From NCBI GenBank assembly GCA_038496445.1, contig JALMLS010000605.1:62001-126000 (forward strand): 64,000 nucleotides of DNA. The letters are read 5' to 3'. Under the pieces are notes generated by a model, which made no database searches, was not told where the DNA came from, and saw nothing but the letters and a program-made list of their open reading frames with translations. This document shows positions 39,212 to 53,500 of this stretch, piece by piece. Each line of letters opens with the position of its first letter. Positions within the stretch are counted from its first letter, which is position 1. The stretch is from Trichosphaerium sp. ATCC 40318 (Eukaryota; Protista; Tubulinea). Both the position numbers and the translations under genes were made by a program.

Positions 39212-41951
39212 TTAGTATTCATTTACCTCTCCATGGTCAATCGATTCCATCAAAGGTTCCCTTGCTTCATCGCCCTCGAATTCAACCTTTTTCTTACTGC
39301 TCTTCTTTTTTTTCGTGCTCAAATGGCTCAATTGTTTATTCTCTGTAGCAAGGTCCATTGCCATCGAAACACGACTTCCCTTGGACATATTTGCTAATTT
39401 TGTTGCTCCAACGGCGGTGTGATAAAGGTTCTTTTTGATACGTAGTATTTGTGCATCTCTAATAACACGTGCAGTAAAGTCAGGAGTCCAAGATTTCTTT
39501 GTAAGAGCCTCAATGCCAAAAAAAGTGAAAGCACCAACCTCTGCAATAACACCATCTTCGAAAGCTTCCAGTTGAATTCCACCATGCAATACAAGCGTGA
39601 ACTCTTTACTTTGTTCTCCGCGATTGTACAAGACGTTGTTATCAACATCTTGAGGCTTTATAGTGTAAACATTTGATCGCAAGATGACCTTCCTGAGAGC
39701 TCTCGGATCGATGATTGAAGGCGAAAAAACATCACAGTTTTTAGTAAGGAACATTTGGATTGCCTTAAGCTGGTTCGGCGGCATACCCTCACCTGTATTT
39801 TGATATACTCTAAAAGGAGATGCACTGTGATAATCGATATGATCTACTGAGACTAAAAAGAAGGTAAGCACGAAAAAACGACATCAAGGGTAAACAAAGC
39901 ACTTACCCGTATGAACATCAGTCTCATCCAAAATCTTGTCTTGAAGGATCTCTTCTAGGACGTCTTCAAGTGTCACTATACCAATAGCACCAGTAACAGG
40001 TATCTGTCCAGTCTATATGCACGATGGGGGTTAGCACTAGCAAACAGTGGTTGTCGGCAATTACCATTTCGTTTTGAGTGACGATAGCAAAGTGAGACGC
40101 TCCTGTTTTGAACTTTACCAATAATCTTTCTAGATTATTACCAGCTGTTATTGTGAACATTTCTCTAGAGTACAAAGCAACTACTGTCTTTAGAGGTGGT
40201 TGTAGGTTGGGATCTAATAGAACTAAATCTTTGACCAAGATGATGCCGACAATCTTGTCCTTGGTGTCCTAAACGCAATACCAAACATCAATACAAATGA
40301 ACAAAAAACTTCGAGAGAAGCGACTCTGACGCACCTCGTATACCGGAAATCGACTGTATCCTTTAGCTAAGATATCGCTCAATAAATCAAACGTAACTCT
40401 TTGTTTAACCCATGCACGTTAAGGCAGCATAAACCAAAAAAAAAACAAGGTAAAATATTTGTAAAAGAAAGGATACATTCAACATGTATATATCGTCTAT
40501 TGGCGTCATGATATCCTCAACGTTTGTTGTTGATAGATTCAACGCTCCATTCATAATTTGACGTTCCGCGTTGGTCAAATCACCATGTTGTGTCTTCTTA
40601 TGAAGATCCAAGAAGGTTTTCAACTACAAAATAAAAATAAGACTTCACATTCACAAATCACAAAAAAAACTATGTACCTCCTCTCGCTTGTATATTGTAC
40701 CAAGCTCATCACCAAGGATAAAATCGAGGACTTTACTTACAGGATACGCAATTGGAAAGAACAAAGCAACAAAAAACCATACTAGCCATATTGTATACGC
40801 GCTAAAAGCTAAGGAAAATTAGGTTAAACTCTTGTAACTTTTTATGAATAAAATTATTGATCGCGTCCCAAAAATAATGTGCTTTCAAGTTTTTTAAAGA
40901 AAACGTTATCGTACCCAATGCAAAACGAGAAAATAATGCTTGAGGTACAATCTCTCCAAACAAAACAAGAAGTGTCGTAGATAATACAAAAGAAACAAGC
41001 TCAGAAGTGACGTCAACGATTAAAATAGGTAACAAAGAATTCACTGCTGACACTACGAATAAAATAGTGCACAACAGCAAGTTACCGTGTTTCCTTATAG
41101 GTAACACTGCTTTTGCATATCTCTTCTGTGACTTTGTTCCACCAGCAACATAAATCTACAAAAGTCTTTCAAAAACAAAACAAAAAAACATACGTTGACA
41201 GAAAAAAAAGATGTCACGTGACATAAAAAAAATTGATAATTTTTGGCAATCTTCCAAAATGTGTTGCACAAAAAAAAATCCACAAAATTGCTTTGTGTTA
41301 GCGTTTGTAGTGTTGATACAAGGCTTTAATTGGCGTACACGTAGAGTAAATATATCAAGGCCCATGAGACCAAGGTTTAATCCAGAAAATGTAAATGTTA
41401 TGGATAGTAATACGAATATCGCTACCCATTTTAATAGTGTTATCCACCACGCCTCTGGTTCTTCCTAGAACTCAATTTTGTGAGAATGTATTCAGTCGCG
41501 AGATAGCCACAATGTTTGTGTACCGGTGTTTCGAGCGCTGGAATACACGTTCCAGGGTTTAGAGACGGTTCACAACCGTTTGTCGTGTTTCCAGTACATA
41601 AGCTGCAAACGCCACAACCAAGACTTGCTGCTTCACCATCGCAGTCTTCGTTAACGAAACAAGACGCTCCACACGATGGCGGCGTGCTGCATTCACCATG
41701 AATCTAAAACACGTTACAAACTCGGAAATTGGCGTCAACACCAACACAGCTCGGTTACTAGCGTAGTGGAAGGCAAAAAGCGCTTATTGGCAAAAACGTA
41801 CGCAAACATTGCAACTGACGTAGTTACTACAACTGGTTGAGTTTCTACACGTAGACGAGGTAGGTAGGCTCTCGTTACGCAATACGCAGGTCAACGACTC
41901 CACTAAAACAAAGCTGCTAATAACTAGCAGCAATATACATAGTAGCCTCAT
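39212..41951 (-). CDS. CNNM: CNNM/CorB metal transporter (Cys-rich ectodomain, DUF21, CBS pair, cNMP-like domain)
   Basis: FSGLNLGLMGLD; GNLLLCTIL; LVLFGEIVPQA; VEDIMTPIDD; GYSRFPVY; GIVTLEDVLEEIL; WTPDFTARV. Confidence 0.93.
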
Positions 41952-42176
41952 TACCTGTATTGCGACAATTGTTTAACACGCCAAATCTGTAAGAATTATG
42001 CTGACACGCGTTTACCATAACACTTTCTTAACGGCAATGCGTGGTACCCCTTTCGCATTCTTATATAACGTGTTTGAAGAAATGTTAACGGTTTTGGGGT
42101 TACTGGACGTTCAGCAAAATACAAAAAAAATTTATTCTCATTTTTATTTTTCATTCAGACTTTAAAGTTAGCCATT
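41557..42176. repeat. Direct duplication, copy 1 (CNNM 5' exons and promoter)
   Basis: Matches 43601-44212. Confidence 0.95.
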
Positions 42177-43600
42177 TAGTCAGCGTCCTATTTTTTCCGG
42201 ACCGCCCTATTTTTTCCGGGTAAAAATCAAAAATTTCAGTACAAAACAATAAGTTTCTCCCTTCAAACATAAGTAAGATATTCCGAATTCTAGTATAAGG
42301 AATACACGATATTAGGCACGCGGTATAGGTACTCAGATATGCTGTTACTTGTTAGCTTACACGCATTTCTCACTATTTTTGCCTCTGATATTGTAAAACA
42401 CTTTTGGGAAACTAGAGCACGCTTTCATCTCGCACTACTTACACGCCATCTACTAGACATATTTTACTTATAGTACCTCTCATAAGAAACGTACAAGTCA
42501 TGTTTGGAGTTTACAGAGGGCTGATTTGGTATTTTTTTATGTAACGTTGTTTTTAATTTTGCTTTTCTAGCTTTCCATTGTAACTTTTTTTTTGCAAATT
42601 TGGGATGCACAGGTTTTGTTACCAGTTGAGAACAAGTGCTGTTTCTCAGGTAGACTGAAAATTATTTCTATGTTTGATCTTTATCAAACTCTATTGCACT
42701 TATAGAATTAACATCATACTCTTAGTCACCGTCACCCAAATGCAGATGGGTATACATCTTAATATCAAAGGCTTGTTATATTAACTATAACTCATTTATA
42801 CTTTCATCGATGTTTTGTCAATGACTTCAGGTCAGACAAATCATGTTGGCACATCAGTTTTTTCAGTTTTTTTCCACAATCTATATTTTTCTGTAGGCCA
42901 ACACCAGCGTATACCTATTGTGACATTAACAGTCCAACTTTAGAGTATTAATATGTTTGCTTTGAACTACAGCTTTATATAAAATTACATACGATATTAT
43001 GATGTCAATATTGAGTTTAACTATCGCCACACAAACATACACAACAAGTAAGAATTGATGTGAAATGAGCATCTCCCATTATTTAAATGCAATCTTATAT
43101 AATGAGCGTCTACAACATAGTGTTGGTGCTTGTATACAAACATCAAGTAGCCTTTGGAATATAGGGATGGGGACTGAGAATGTTCAAATGTAGAAGCAAA
43201 TTGTGAATTTTTTGAGAAAGGATAGTCTCCGTTTACCACTCACGAAAAAAATTTGCACCACTTCTACTACTATGATTTCCTTCCTCATTATACATGTAGT
43301 GCTGGTGATATGCAGCTGTAGCACAAACGCTTCTCTGAGCATAGAAATATACCACCTTTTACGCTGTACATGAGGATGCCACAAGTGTAATAAACACAGT
43401 ATTAACGCCTTTCCTGGATATATTCATTGCAAACGTCAACTTGCCCATTATCTCACTTGTCATAAATGATTTGTGCTGAATTGGGACACATTTTGAATCA
43501 TGGGATACAAACTTATGGAGTCTTCCAAATCAACCACAAAAGAACTAAAAATGTGATCCACAATTTTGGTGACATCACATTTCAGCGTGTAAAACTGAAT
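42177..43600. mobile_element. Putative transposon fragment or foreign insert
   Basis: Begins exactly where the duplication ends, with TA followed by two 14-bp direct repeats CCTATTTTTTCCGG (42187-42200, 42206-42219); no transposase or matching second end found. Confidence 0.35.
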
Positions 43601-44212
43601 GTTTAGAGACGGTTCACAACCAATGTCGGTTTAGCAGTACATAAGCTGCAAACGCCACAACCAAGACTTGTGCTTCACCAGTCGCAGTGCTTCGTTAACA
43701 AACAAACGCTCCACACGATGGCGGCGTGCTGCTTTCACCATGAATCTAAACACGTTACAAACTCGGAAATTGGCGTCAACACCAACACAGCTCGGTTAAA
43801 GCGTAGTGGACAAAAAGCGCTTATTGGCAAAAACGTACGCAAACATTGCAACTGACGTAGTTACTACAACTGGTTGAGTTTCTACACGTTGACGAGGTAG
43901 GTAGGCTCTCGTTACGCAATACGCAGGTCAAGGCTCCACTAAAACAAAGCTGCTAATAACTAGCAGCAATATACATAGTAGCCTCATTACCTGTATTGCG
44001 ACAATTGTTTAACACGCCAAATCTGTAAGAATTATGCTGACACGCGTTTACCATAACACTTTCTTAACGGCAATGCGTGGTACCCCTTTCGCATTCTTAT
44101 ATAACGTGTTTGAAGAAATGTTAACGGTTTTGGGGTTACTGGACGTTCAGCAAAATACAAAAAAAATTTATTCTCATTTTTATTTTTCATTCAGACTTTA
44201 AAGTTAGCCATT
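43601..44212. repeat. Direct duplication, copy 2 (indel-disrupted copy of the CNNM 5' end)
   Basis: Matches 41557-42176; many 1-2 nt indels in its first 330 nt or so, then identical. Confidence 0.95.
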
Positions 44213-44281
44213 GTTGACTTTCTGCCTATTCTTGTTTTCGTTCCTGCGCATTACACCATACACAACGCTCTTGTAAACGCT

Positions 44282-47200
44282 ATGACTACTACGTTGTGGT
44301 TATTGGTTGGATTGGCGTGCTGTGCCACAATTTTCGCTAGTGACGCTACGGCAATTGATACGTTTAGCAAGAGGTGCGAACTACTAAGCACTTGCACTGT
44401 TTATTACAAAAAAAATTAGCTTACTCTTTAAAAGAAGCACTGGAGGGCTAAACTTTCAGTTTACGTTCGGCAGCGGTGTTCCACAGGTACTGCTTGTTTT
44501 GTACCTTCCTTCAAAAAGAAATAATTGAAATAATTTCCTAGGACGCTAGAGATGCCGCCATTCTCGCTGGTAGACTATGGGTACCATTTTATTGCTGTTT
44601 TAGCAAAAACATACGCTAACTTCTTTAAAAAGTCCTGTGCACTTAGAGACCCTATCACAGTTCGTGTGACTGTCAACGCAGCAGCACTCGATTCAGAATT
44701 GGCCAGCAACACTATCACTAAACGACAAATCAGTTTTACTCAGGCAACGTACGCACAGAACACTTGTAATCGCATTTTCAGCTTTTCGGGTACAAATTGT
44801 ATTAACGCACATCAGCGCGTCACTTTCATCAAAACTTGGCGCCACATATCCCTCAGCCGCTCAAATTCAAGCCAATGTACCTGCTGGCGTTACAATAGAT
44901 TTCACTCAACTCGATGCAACACAAGCAAATGAACGCGTACGTTACCTACGTGAACTCTAGACGCATTGATTGATGTCAAAAAAGCACTATTACCGTTTAC
45001 AGAAAATAAGAAAGTTTCTCACCTTTTTTTGGTTTTTAGGTCCTATTAGGCTCTGCACCAACTTCTGCAGATGCCACTATAACCCTTAACACGAACCGCT
45101 TTGATGATATTGATTTTAACCTACTAGACGGTTTCACACCACAGGTAAATGTTCTTTTTTGGAAAACATTTAAAAAAATTAGTATTGTTCAGTTTTTTTG
45201 TTGTTGACACTCCTCTTTAGAGATTTCATGGTGTAGCTTCTCTCACTCATGAGCTTGGACATGCACTTGGTTTCACATCAAATATTCAAACTATAAACGC
45301 ACAGACAACCTCTATTATTACACCTTTCGATCTATATCGATTTAACTCTGCAACTGCAAACCCTACTTTCCAGACATCTCCGCGTGAGTTACGTGTTGGT
45401 ACTGGCGCAAGATTTGTTGCTGCAAATGGTCAACCTGGGTTGACACTTACTACTGGCACTACCGACCGTGGTGACCACTGGACACCGCCTGTATCTGTCG
45501 GACCTTCAGCTGGTACTATTACTTCAATGGTTTTTTTGAAAAAGCTTTGTTTTCCTTACATCTATCCAGGAATTATGTTAGGTGGTTTGACGCAGAGTCA
45601 AATCCTTGGCATCTCAACAAATGATCTTATTGCTATGCGCAACTTGGGTTACAATGTAGATCGTACGACCATAATAACCACTGTGTAGTAGCCACATATG
45701 GGTTTTAGTTATTAACTCATTTTTTTAATTAGTTACACCAAGTCCTATCATTTTCAGTGTTTCAGCAACTGAAGGTGCACCAGGTAACACCATAAGAGTG
45801 ATTGGTACGTCCACATACAATCTTTTTTCAAACAGTAACAGTACGTTGGCACTAACACGTGAGATTTAATTAGGTAGCTTTTTGTTTGACGCTCAAACGA
45901 AGTGTGTATTTAGCAATGGAAACCAAGAATTCGAAGTAGCAGCCACAAATTTTATTGGAAATGGAGCATTAGTACGTTTTCCAGAGGAATGATATGTATT
46001 GCCTTATTCTAATCTCTTTCTACTAGCTTTGTACCATTCCTGAAATAACCTCTCCTACATGTTTCCTCACTATTGTTTCAAATAACGGTCAAATAAAGAG
46101 CGAAGCAGTGGAATTCCCTGTACGATTAGGTACATCAGGAGAATGCCCATTCGATGACCCACCACTCACTTGTGTTGATATTGATATGTTCAGTGATCCT
46201 GTCAAGTTCCAAGTGGGGTCTCACAAGCCTAAACCGAATCCAAAAGTTGGTAAGCGAATACATGTTTTGTCTTTAGTTTTTTTCTTACTTTTTTCTGTGA
46301 AGGGTTTTTTATGGTTTCTCCTTTTGCCAAGGGCAAATTTAATTTCGTAGATGCAACTATGGAGTATAGCGCCAAAGGAGACGATAATGGTAACGGTAGA
46401 GTAATCATCAAAGGTGAGAATAATTTGGTTTTTTTTTCATCAAAGTAGTTTGCTTGAACTCACTTTTTTCGTTGTTTTTTAGGTGATCTAGACCTTAAAG
46501 TGAACAAGAAACTAAGAATTAAATTCGGTCAATTGTTCAATAAGTTCTCAAAGAGACAAGGTAGAAAACACAAGCGTGGTATCGAAAAGAGACATAGTCG
46601 TAAGAAGAAGAACTTCCACCCACACGCCAACTTACCAACTGAATTTTGCATTCAAATGACCTACGATGGCGTACGTGTCCAAGTTTTTTTTTGGTGTTAA
46701 ACTTTCACGACTGAGTTCATTGTTGAGTTTTGCATTGAAACTCATGTACTTTTTTTCAGGTTTCTCCTAAGAGAAGAGGTAACCTGAGACTTCTCAGTAA
46801 TAGCCACGATGGTTATGGTTTTATTCGTGTTGGTAAATGTTCATCACCTGATGTTAATCAAAAGCTATTTTTGATTCCTAAAAAGAATGCCAAAGGAAAA
46901 GCTTTTATTGCTAAAGTTGGTAAGTTCGTTTGGGTAAAAATTTGGGCATAACAGTGAACTAATGACAATGATGAACTAGATAAAAAGTTAAACACGTTGG
47001 TTGGTACAGGATGGACTCAAGTTTGTGGACCTAACAACGATCCACAATCACCTAGATTCAAGAGAAGAAAGTGTAAACAAATACCAGTTATTGGAGACTT
47101 TGTTTTTAGAACAGACCCTTGCACTCCAATCAGTGGTGGTATTTTGGCTTCTAAAGGAGTAAACCCTTTAGGCAATAATAATACCAAAGAGCACCCAAAA

Positions 47201-47422
47201 GTATGGATCTATATAGGCACAGCTCTCGCTGGAAGTACGTTCTCTTTTGGTTTGCTTGATATTTTTCTTTGTTTCACGAAAATCTCCTTATCTCCTTTGA
47301 TTAATTTTCTGTCTTTAGTTGTACTCCTTCTACTGATTGTTGGGCTTGTCTTACTGGTTGTCAGTAAGAGACAACGTACTCCAAATGGCGCTATGACCGA
47401 CTCTCATTACGAGAGATACTAA
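44282..47422 (+). CDS. Type I membrane zinc metalloprotease (NF038122-like catalytic domain, IPT/TIG-like domain, TM)
   Basis: Signal peptide; TQANER; DATITLN; GVASLTHELGHALGFTS; PFDLYRF; GDHW; GIM; DLIAMRNLGY; C-terminal TM and YERY tail. Confidence 0.85.
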
Positions 47423-48156
47423 ATAGCCGAAAGGTCAACCAGTTTTTGCACTTTTTTTATTGTACCCTTGTAGTACAGCAACATGCAATTTTTTCTTTTA
47501 TACGTACACCCTGGTCAGTTACTTTGAATACTTTTTATAGATCAGTTGTTGAAATACTTGAAACAAAGGCCTCGCGAGTTTTTGTGTCTTTTTTGAATTG
47601 GGTTTAAAAGTTTACGTGAGAACGTCGTCACCTTTCAGTTAATTCTATTCGCTGGCTATCAACTCATTATCCGGTCTTATCCGCTCTCAAATCATGCGTT
47701 GATAGATTAATTGCGTGAATTACGAAAAAAAAATTTGGTGAAAAACTGGTTCTCTTGGCCAAGTTTGTACGCCAGCTATTAATTCGTGGCGGAGAATCTA
47801 ATGGCGAGGTACATCAATAGCGGTTTCTATTCAGGTAATTTTCGTTTGGCGCTACTTAACACCATAAAATATAATTCCGCTGCAAACCACACCGAATTAT
47901 ATTACCCCTAAGATGTTTTAATCATAGTTTCATAAGATAAAGATGAACCTAAATTGCTCATACCCTGCCTGCTCTAGAACTAACTCAAATACAAATAATA
48001 TTCAACAACAACATGCACTCTATGCATACAATCATTGTAACCTCGCCGGTGGCAAACCCGGGAGCCATTGGCTCGAACGACCTAGAAGCGAAGCCTACGA
48101 AGTCGTATAGCAACTCAACGCAAACTCAGAACTGCTCTGGAATCTTATCAGAACGA

Positions 48157-48907
48157 ATGGCGAGACTTGAAGAACTCGACGATTTGGATAGCGACTGGGA
48201 CAATTGGTGCGATACGAGCTCCGAAACGAGCGTTGTCGACTGCGGCGAACAAATACTGCGAGATATCCCTTTTTGGTTCGGTAATGAAGACAAAGGTACG
48301 TTCAAACGCTCAACTGTATCAAATTAACTCATTTCTCGCACTTTAGAACACTTACTATCGATCACCAAAATTTACACAAAAGCGCTGAAAATAAACCAAA
48401 ACCGTGTGAACCACCCTTGCTTTCCTAGCAAATTCATTGGCCGTATCGCCCGCCAAGTAGTAGACGCTGATCTATTTCAAACCTTGGACACCATTGACAT
48501 TTATTTATCCCGCAAACTTGCCCCAACCTGTCTATTCACACCCACACTAACTATACATGCCCTTACAACATGGGACGAAAACGATGGCTTACCCACTACA
48601 GTTTTCGTCTTTCCAGATGAAAAGCGCGCCGATTTGTTGGACCTATGGTCCTGTCGCACCTTTGAAGATGATCCAAGTATCATCTACGCACTTCCACGTA
48701 CGCGTCTTCGGTTTTTTTTACTTGAAGTCTTCTTTTCTTGAAACTCATCTCTAACTCGTCTCTTTAGACTTTCTTGATTGTGATAAGAAGGATTATCGCG
48801 TTAGTATTGTAAAATCAGAAGTCTGTTATGCAAACGCAAATCCTCTTTCTTACGTACCCTTTATACCCCGTTCTTGGTTTCTCACAGAAAAACAGAACAC
48901 CTTGTAA
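48157..48907 (+). CDS. Uncharacterised multi-exon protein
   Basis: Exons in ORFs 48013-48327 and 48406-48741 joined by GTACG..AG introns. Confidence 0.55.
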
Positions 48908-49121
48908 TAGTAGTTAACAAAAAAAACCTTCAACTGTAAATATAGACCTTCTTTTAGAATTTTTCCGTTTTATTTATATCAGTACAGAGTATTTTCATTG
49001 AGTGTGCTTGTTTTGGAAAATTGTTGTAACCGTTACAAATATTGGATTGGAGTTCAGCGGAATCTCATTGAAATTTCCCAGCAGCTTCTTTTTTTTTCTG
49101 AAGTGATTTTACACTTTAATC

Positions 49122-50148
49122 ATGTTCGACGACTTGACTCCACAATCATATACATACACTTCCCCAGTCCGCCGAGTATCGTTTAATAGTATTGACACTC
49201 GTACAAGCCACGATGAGGTTACTTTGATGCAAAAAGCGATAGAAGAGAGCCTTAGGGATCAAGGTCCTCCTAGACGCGAATATGGGAGCCAAATTTTATC
49301 CGCACCTGAAAGAATTTCTCAAGCAATAGATGCGAGCCTAATAGATACCCAAGCCCCTTACACACCTGATCGCTTGGCTGAAGCAATAACCGAGAGCATC
49401 GTAGACCAACAGGAACGAAAAGAGAAGGATGAAGAAGAATTAGAGCGCGAAATCGCCCAAGCAATAGAGCTGAGTAAACAGGTGCGCTGAATTCAGAGCG
49501 CTTTCAATAGATTTCTCTGAGAGCACTTTGAATATTCGTAATCAGTAGACTTTACATCACAATAGGAGCACGAACGAGAGAAGCGCGAACAACTACGATT
49601 AGAACAAGAGGAAGCGTTTAAACTTTCTCTATTCAAAGATCGCCAAAAACAACGCGAGAAGGAACAACAGGAACTAGAGCAGGACCAGCGTGAAGAGCGT
49701 ACGTCAAACCGCTTGTTTTTCCAACATAGATGACCCTATTGCTCAAAACGCTGATTATAACATTTGTCTTGTAGTGGAGGAGACCAACGAAGCGATTAAA
49801 CTGTCTTTACAGTTCGAAAAATGTTTATCTTTAGGTGACGAACCAAAGCCTTCAGAAAGCACTGTCAATATTACTATTCGCTTGGTACGTACTGCTAAAT
49901 AACATACAATATACTTACAGTCCCTACAGGCTGATGGATCGCGTGTTTCACGCAATTTTTATAGAACACAACAGTTACAAACAGTAAAAGATTTTATTGA
50001 GACGCAAGCAATAGATAACCCAGATGCTGCCCCAGATTCGTTTGTAATTGTATCAGATTTCCCTAGAGTTGAGTACACTGACCTTGAAAGTACTATAGAC
50101 CAGCTTGGCTTTAAGAAACGTGTACTGTTGTCTGTACATACGCTGTAA
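49122..50148 (+). CDS. UBX-domain protein with UIM repeats (p97/Cdc48 adaptor)
   Basis: UIMs MQKAIEESL, IAQAIELS, AIKLSL; UBX ITIRL-ADGSRVSRNF..VSDFPRVEY. Confidence 0.85.
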
Positions 50149-50566
50149 GAAAATCCCACCTAATTTGGGTGTTTATGCTCCAAGAAAACTGAGAAATGTA
50201 ATTGTAAATAAAAAAAAAGAAAAATGGACGTTGTAAGAAAGTTTTAGCTTCCTAGTTTTCTCCAAAACTACACGAGTGGAGAAATGTATATCGTTTTGCA
50301 GTTTATGCTGTTTTCGGGCTTATCTCGTTGACAACATAGCGCATCATGATGGCGGTTGGTAGTCACGTGATAAATCTAAAATTACATCATTGTTAGAACA
50401 GTACTACTTCTTGTCGGAGTTTTGTCGTCTAGGTTGTTTGGCTGTTTTCTATTGTAGATGGCACAGCTATAATTAGGGTGTCTGTTTGATTGTCCTTATT
50501 TAGGTTGGCATAGCAGTGCACGTGTACAAAAATAACAAAAACTGTATTCTTTATACACCAAAAATA

Positions 50567-53500
50567 ATGCAGCGCGTCCTGGTATTGTTGGCTATATTGG
50601 CATATTTATGTATAGTCGTACAGGCTAAAACGATAACAATAGCTTGTAGCTTCGCAATAGATAAAAATGATACGAGCACCACATCGCTACTAGAAAAAGA
50701 AGTCGTAAATGGAATGAAGTAAGCAAAAACAAAAAAAAAAAAAAAAAGTTATCACACCAAACATTACAAAAACAGTAAACGCCATGTTGTAGGTTTTACT
50801 TTGAACACGTGAGTAAGGGACAGATACTGATAGGCAATGAAACCTACCATTTGAATTTGACAGTGTTAAACTCTGGTTCAAATACGAGCAAACGCAGAGA
50901 ACATTACGAAGATTTATGTCGTAACTCCATGCTTACAAACGACAATCATTATTTTTTTATTACATCACCAGTTACTTTTTTGGCTCAACAGTCAATTAAG
51001 GGCCTTGAAAAATATGGGTGTGTGTCTATTAATGCGGGGAGTGAAGATGATGGTATATGGAAGAAAGGAGATAAGCCGAGAGATACAATACCATTGGGCT
51101 TGTCTCCCAAACGGTGCGCCATAGTAAAAACGGTTTTCCACTTTTTTTATTATTGACAAATTGTTTTACAGAGCTTTCAGCTCAATGCTACCATACGTAC
51201 GAATAAGATCTTTAAAGACAGCTATTATTGTATGTGCGGGGATTGACATCACAACAAAGTGCAAAGTATGACGTGACAGATTATGGTTTTTTAAATACTG
51301 AATATTTGTTTTCTAGTTTCTAAAAGAGGATTTACCAGACTTTGGTGCTACAGTACTTGATTTTTATAATGTCATGTCAAGTGGTTTTGGAGATATGACT
51401 CCACATCCAAATGTTACAGCGAATTGGACGGCTACTGCTGATAAAATAGTGAAGGTAAAACAGTATTATTCAAATGAGCTTTGCTAAATAGTTTGTTATT
51501 TGTAGTATTCTGATTTGGATTTGCTTGTCATTGGCTCACGAGGTTTTCTAGCGGAGTATATAACGCAACAATTGAATAAACATGGGTGGATGCCTAAATT
51601 GTTCGTCCGTGCTTCTCTTGATGGTTTCTACGGGCGAGAGGAATCAAGTATGAACTTTTTATTCCTAAACCAAGTGTAACAAGATTTTCTTGTATCTTAC
51701 ACGTGTTTATCTAGGTTTTTATAACTTTAATTCTCTCGACACTCTAAACCTTCAAACTGGTATAAACAGAGTATGTAAAATGAACGATCTACTTAGTATA
51801 TTATTGGAACGTACTAACAATGAACAAAGTTTGTACCATCGGCAAATTACAGTGCAGATGAGTTTGGCTTCACCTTGGATTCGTTTACTAAAGCATATGA
51901 AGAACAGTTTAACAAGCCTATGAGGGGTTCACTGTCAATCACTGGGTTTTATTCTTGCGCTTTTTGGATAAAGGGATTAATGGTAAAATATCTCAAAATA
52001 CTTTTTATTCAAAGACCTGAACGAATTGTAATGTGTTTAGGATGCCAAGTCTGTTGAACAGAGGAAAGTTAGGGATACTATTCTTTCATCAGAATATCAA
52101 ACATTTATAGGACCACATTCGTGGGATCGTGGTAAGGAGTGGCTGAATACAAAACGTCAATGGATTTACCTTTTTCTTTAGATCATTCAAGCAGATGGTT
52201 ACCATTCTTTGTACAAATACAGAGACCTGTTGGGTCAAAGGCAAGGCTGGGGAGAGATGTTATAAAAGTATTGGCACCACTATCTGCAGCATCAAACTCG
52301 GAGTTGGTATATCCAGCGCCTCAACCATACGAACGGTCAATGCAAATTGAGTTTGGTACTTTTTTTTTTCTTGAACATCAACGTGGGTTTTATTTGTTTT
52401 GCTGACCTATGGCATAGGGCACGGAAGCGAAATTTTAATAACGACACTCACATGTCTTGCTGTATTGTTAACTATCATATTTTCAGTATTCGTTATCATC
52501 TTCCGAAATAATAAGGTACAACCGGCGGACTAAAGTCAAACAATCTGATACTCACTTTATTTTTTTTTTGTTCACAGATAGTTAAAGGATCTTCTTTATG
52601 TTTCGTGCTCTTAGTTGCTTTTGGTGCTATTCTCCTACTATCTACAAATTTTACTTGGGCGCCGTCAATGTGGAGTACATTCTTATGCCATTTTGCGTTT
52701 TATACGTTCAACATAGGCTTCTCAATAATGTTCGGGTATGTGCACTTTTTTCGAAAAAATTAAATCTGCTGTTGTTTTTTGACTAATCTGTTTTTAGATC
52801 TCTCTTTGCAAAGTCTCTTCGTATAGTAATCATAATGCAACGCGCAAAAAAGCTCAAGGTTATAGTAGTATCTGATGCAAAGGTGTTTGTTTTAGTGACT
52901 GCCTTAGTCACTATTGACGTGGTAAGTTCTTTTAGTTTGTCTGTTTTTTTGTTAATCAAAGCTTGAGGTCATACTGGTTCTCTTCTCAATGATAGCTAAT
53001 CCAAAAAGCAAAACTGTGCACCCTGATCCATACAAATTAGATATATCATACATCACATGTGTACCAGAGAGACAAGCAGCGTACACTGCGTTCATTTGGG
53101 TAATGGCTGGATACAAGGTACGCAACAACCTTTTGACAGTTCTAAAAGTCGTTAATGTGAGTTCTAGTGTGTGCTCATGCTTATTGGTATGTACACTGGT
53201 TGGAAGGTGCATTATATACCTTATAAGCATTTGAATGAAAGCAAAGTAATAGCATTTTCGCTTTACAATGTCATTTTCTTTGCTGCGATTGGATATGGTT
53301 TCTCTTATGCCTTGAGAGATGAAGCAAATGAGAATATAAGATATGGGCTATACGCTCTTCGATCTCTTACTGTTTTTCTGGCAGCAGGTGCGCTTATTTA
53401 TAGGCTTTAAAGTAACGAAATACTCATTCAAGTGCTTCGATTACCATTCGTTGAAAAATACGCCTTTCTTCAACTTCGAAACAGGCCACATCTTCGCCTT

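Noticed and set aside
42660-43590. Transposase coding sequence inside the insert
   Set aside because: Only short broken frames; no DDE or other recognisable motif
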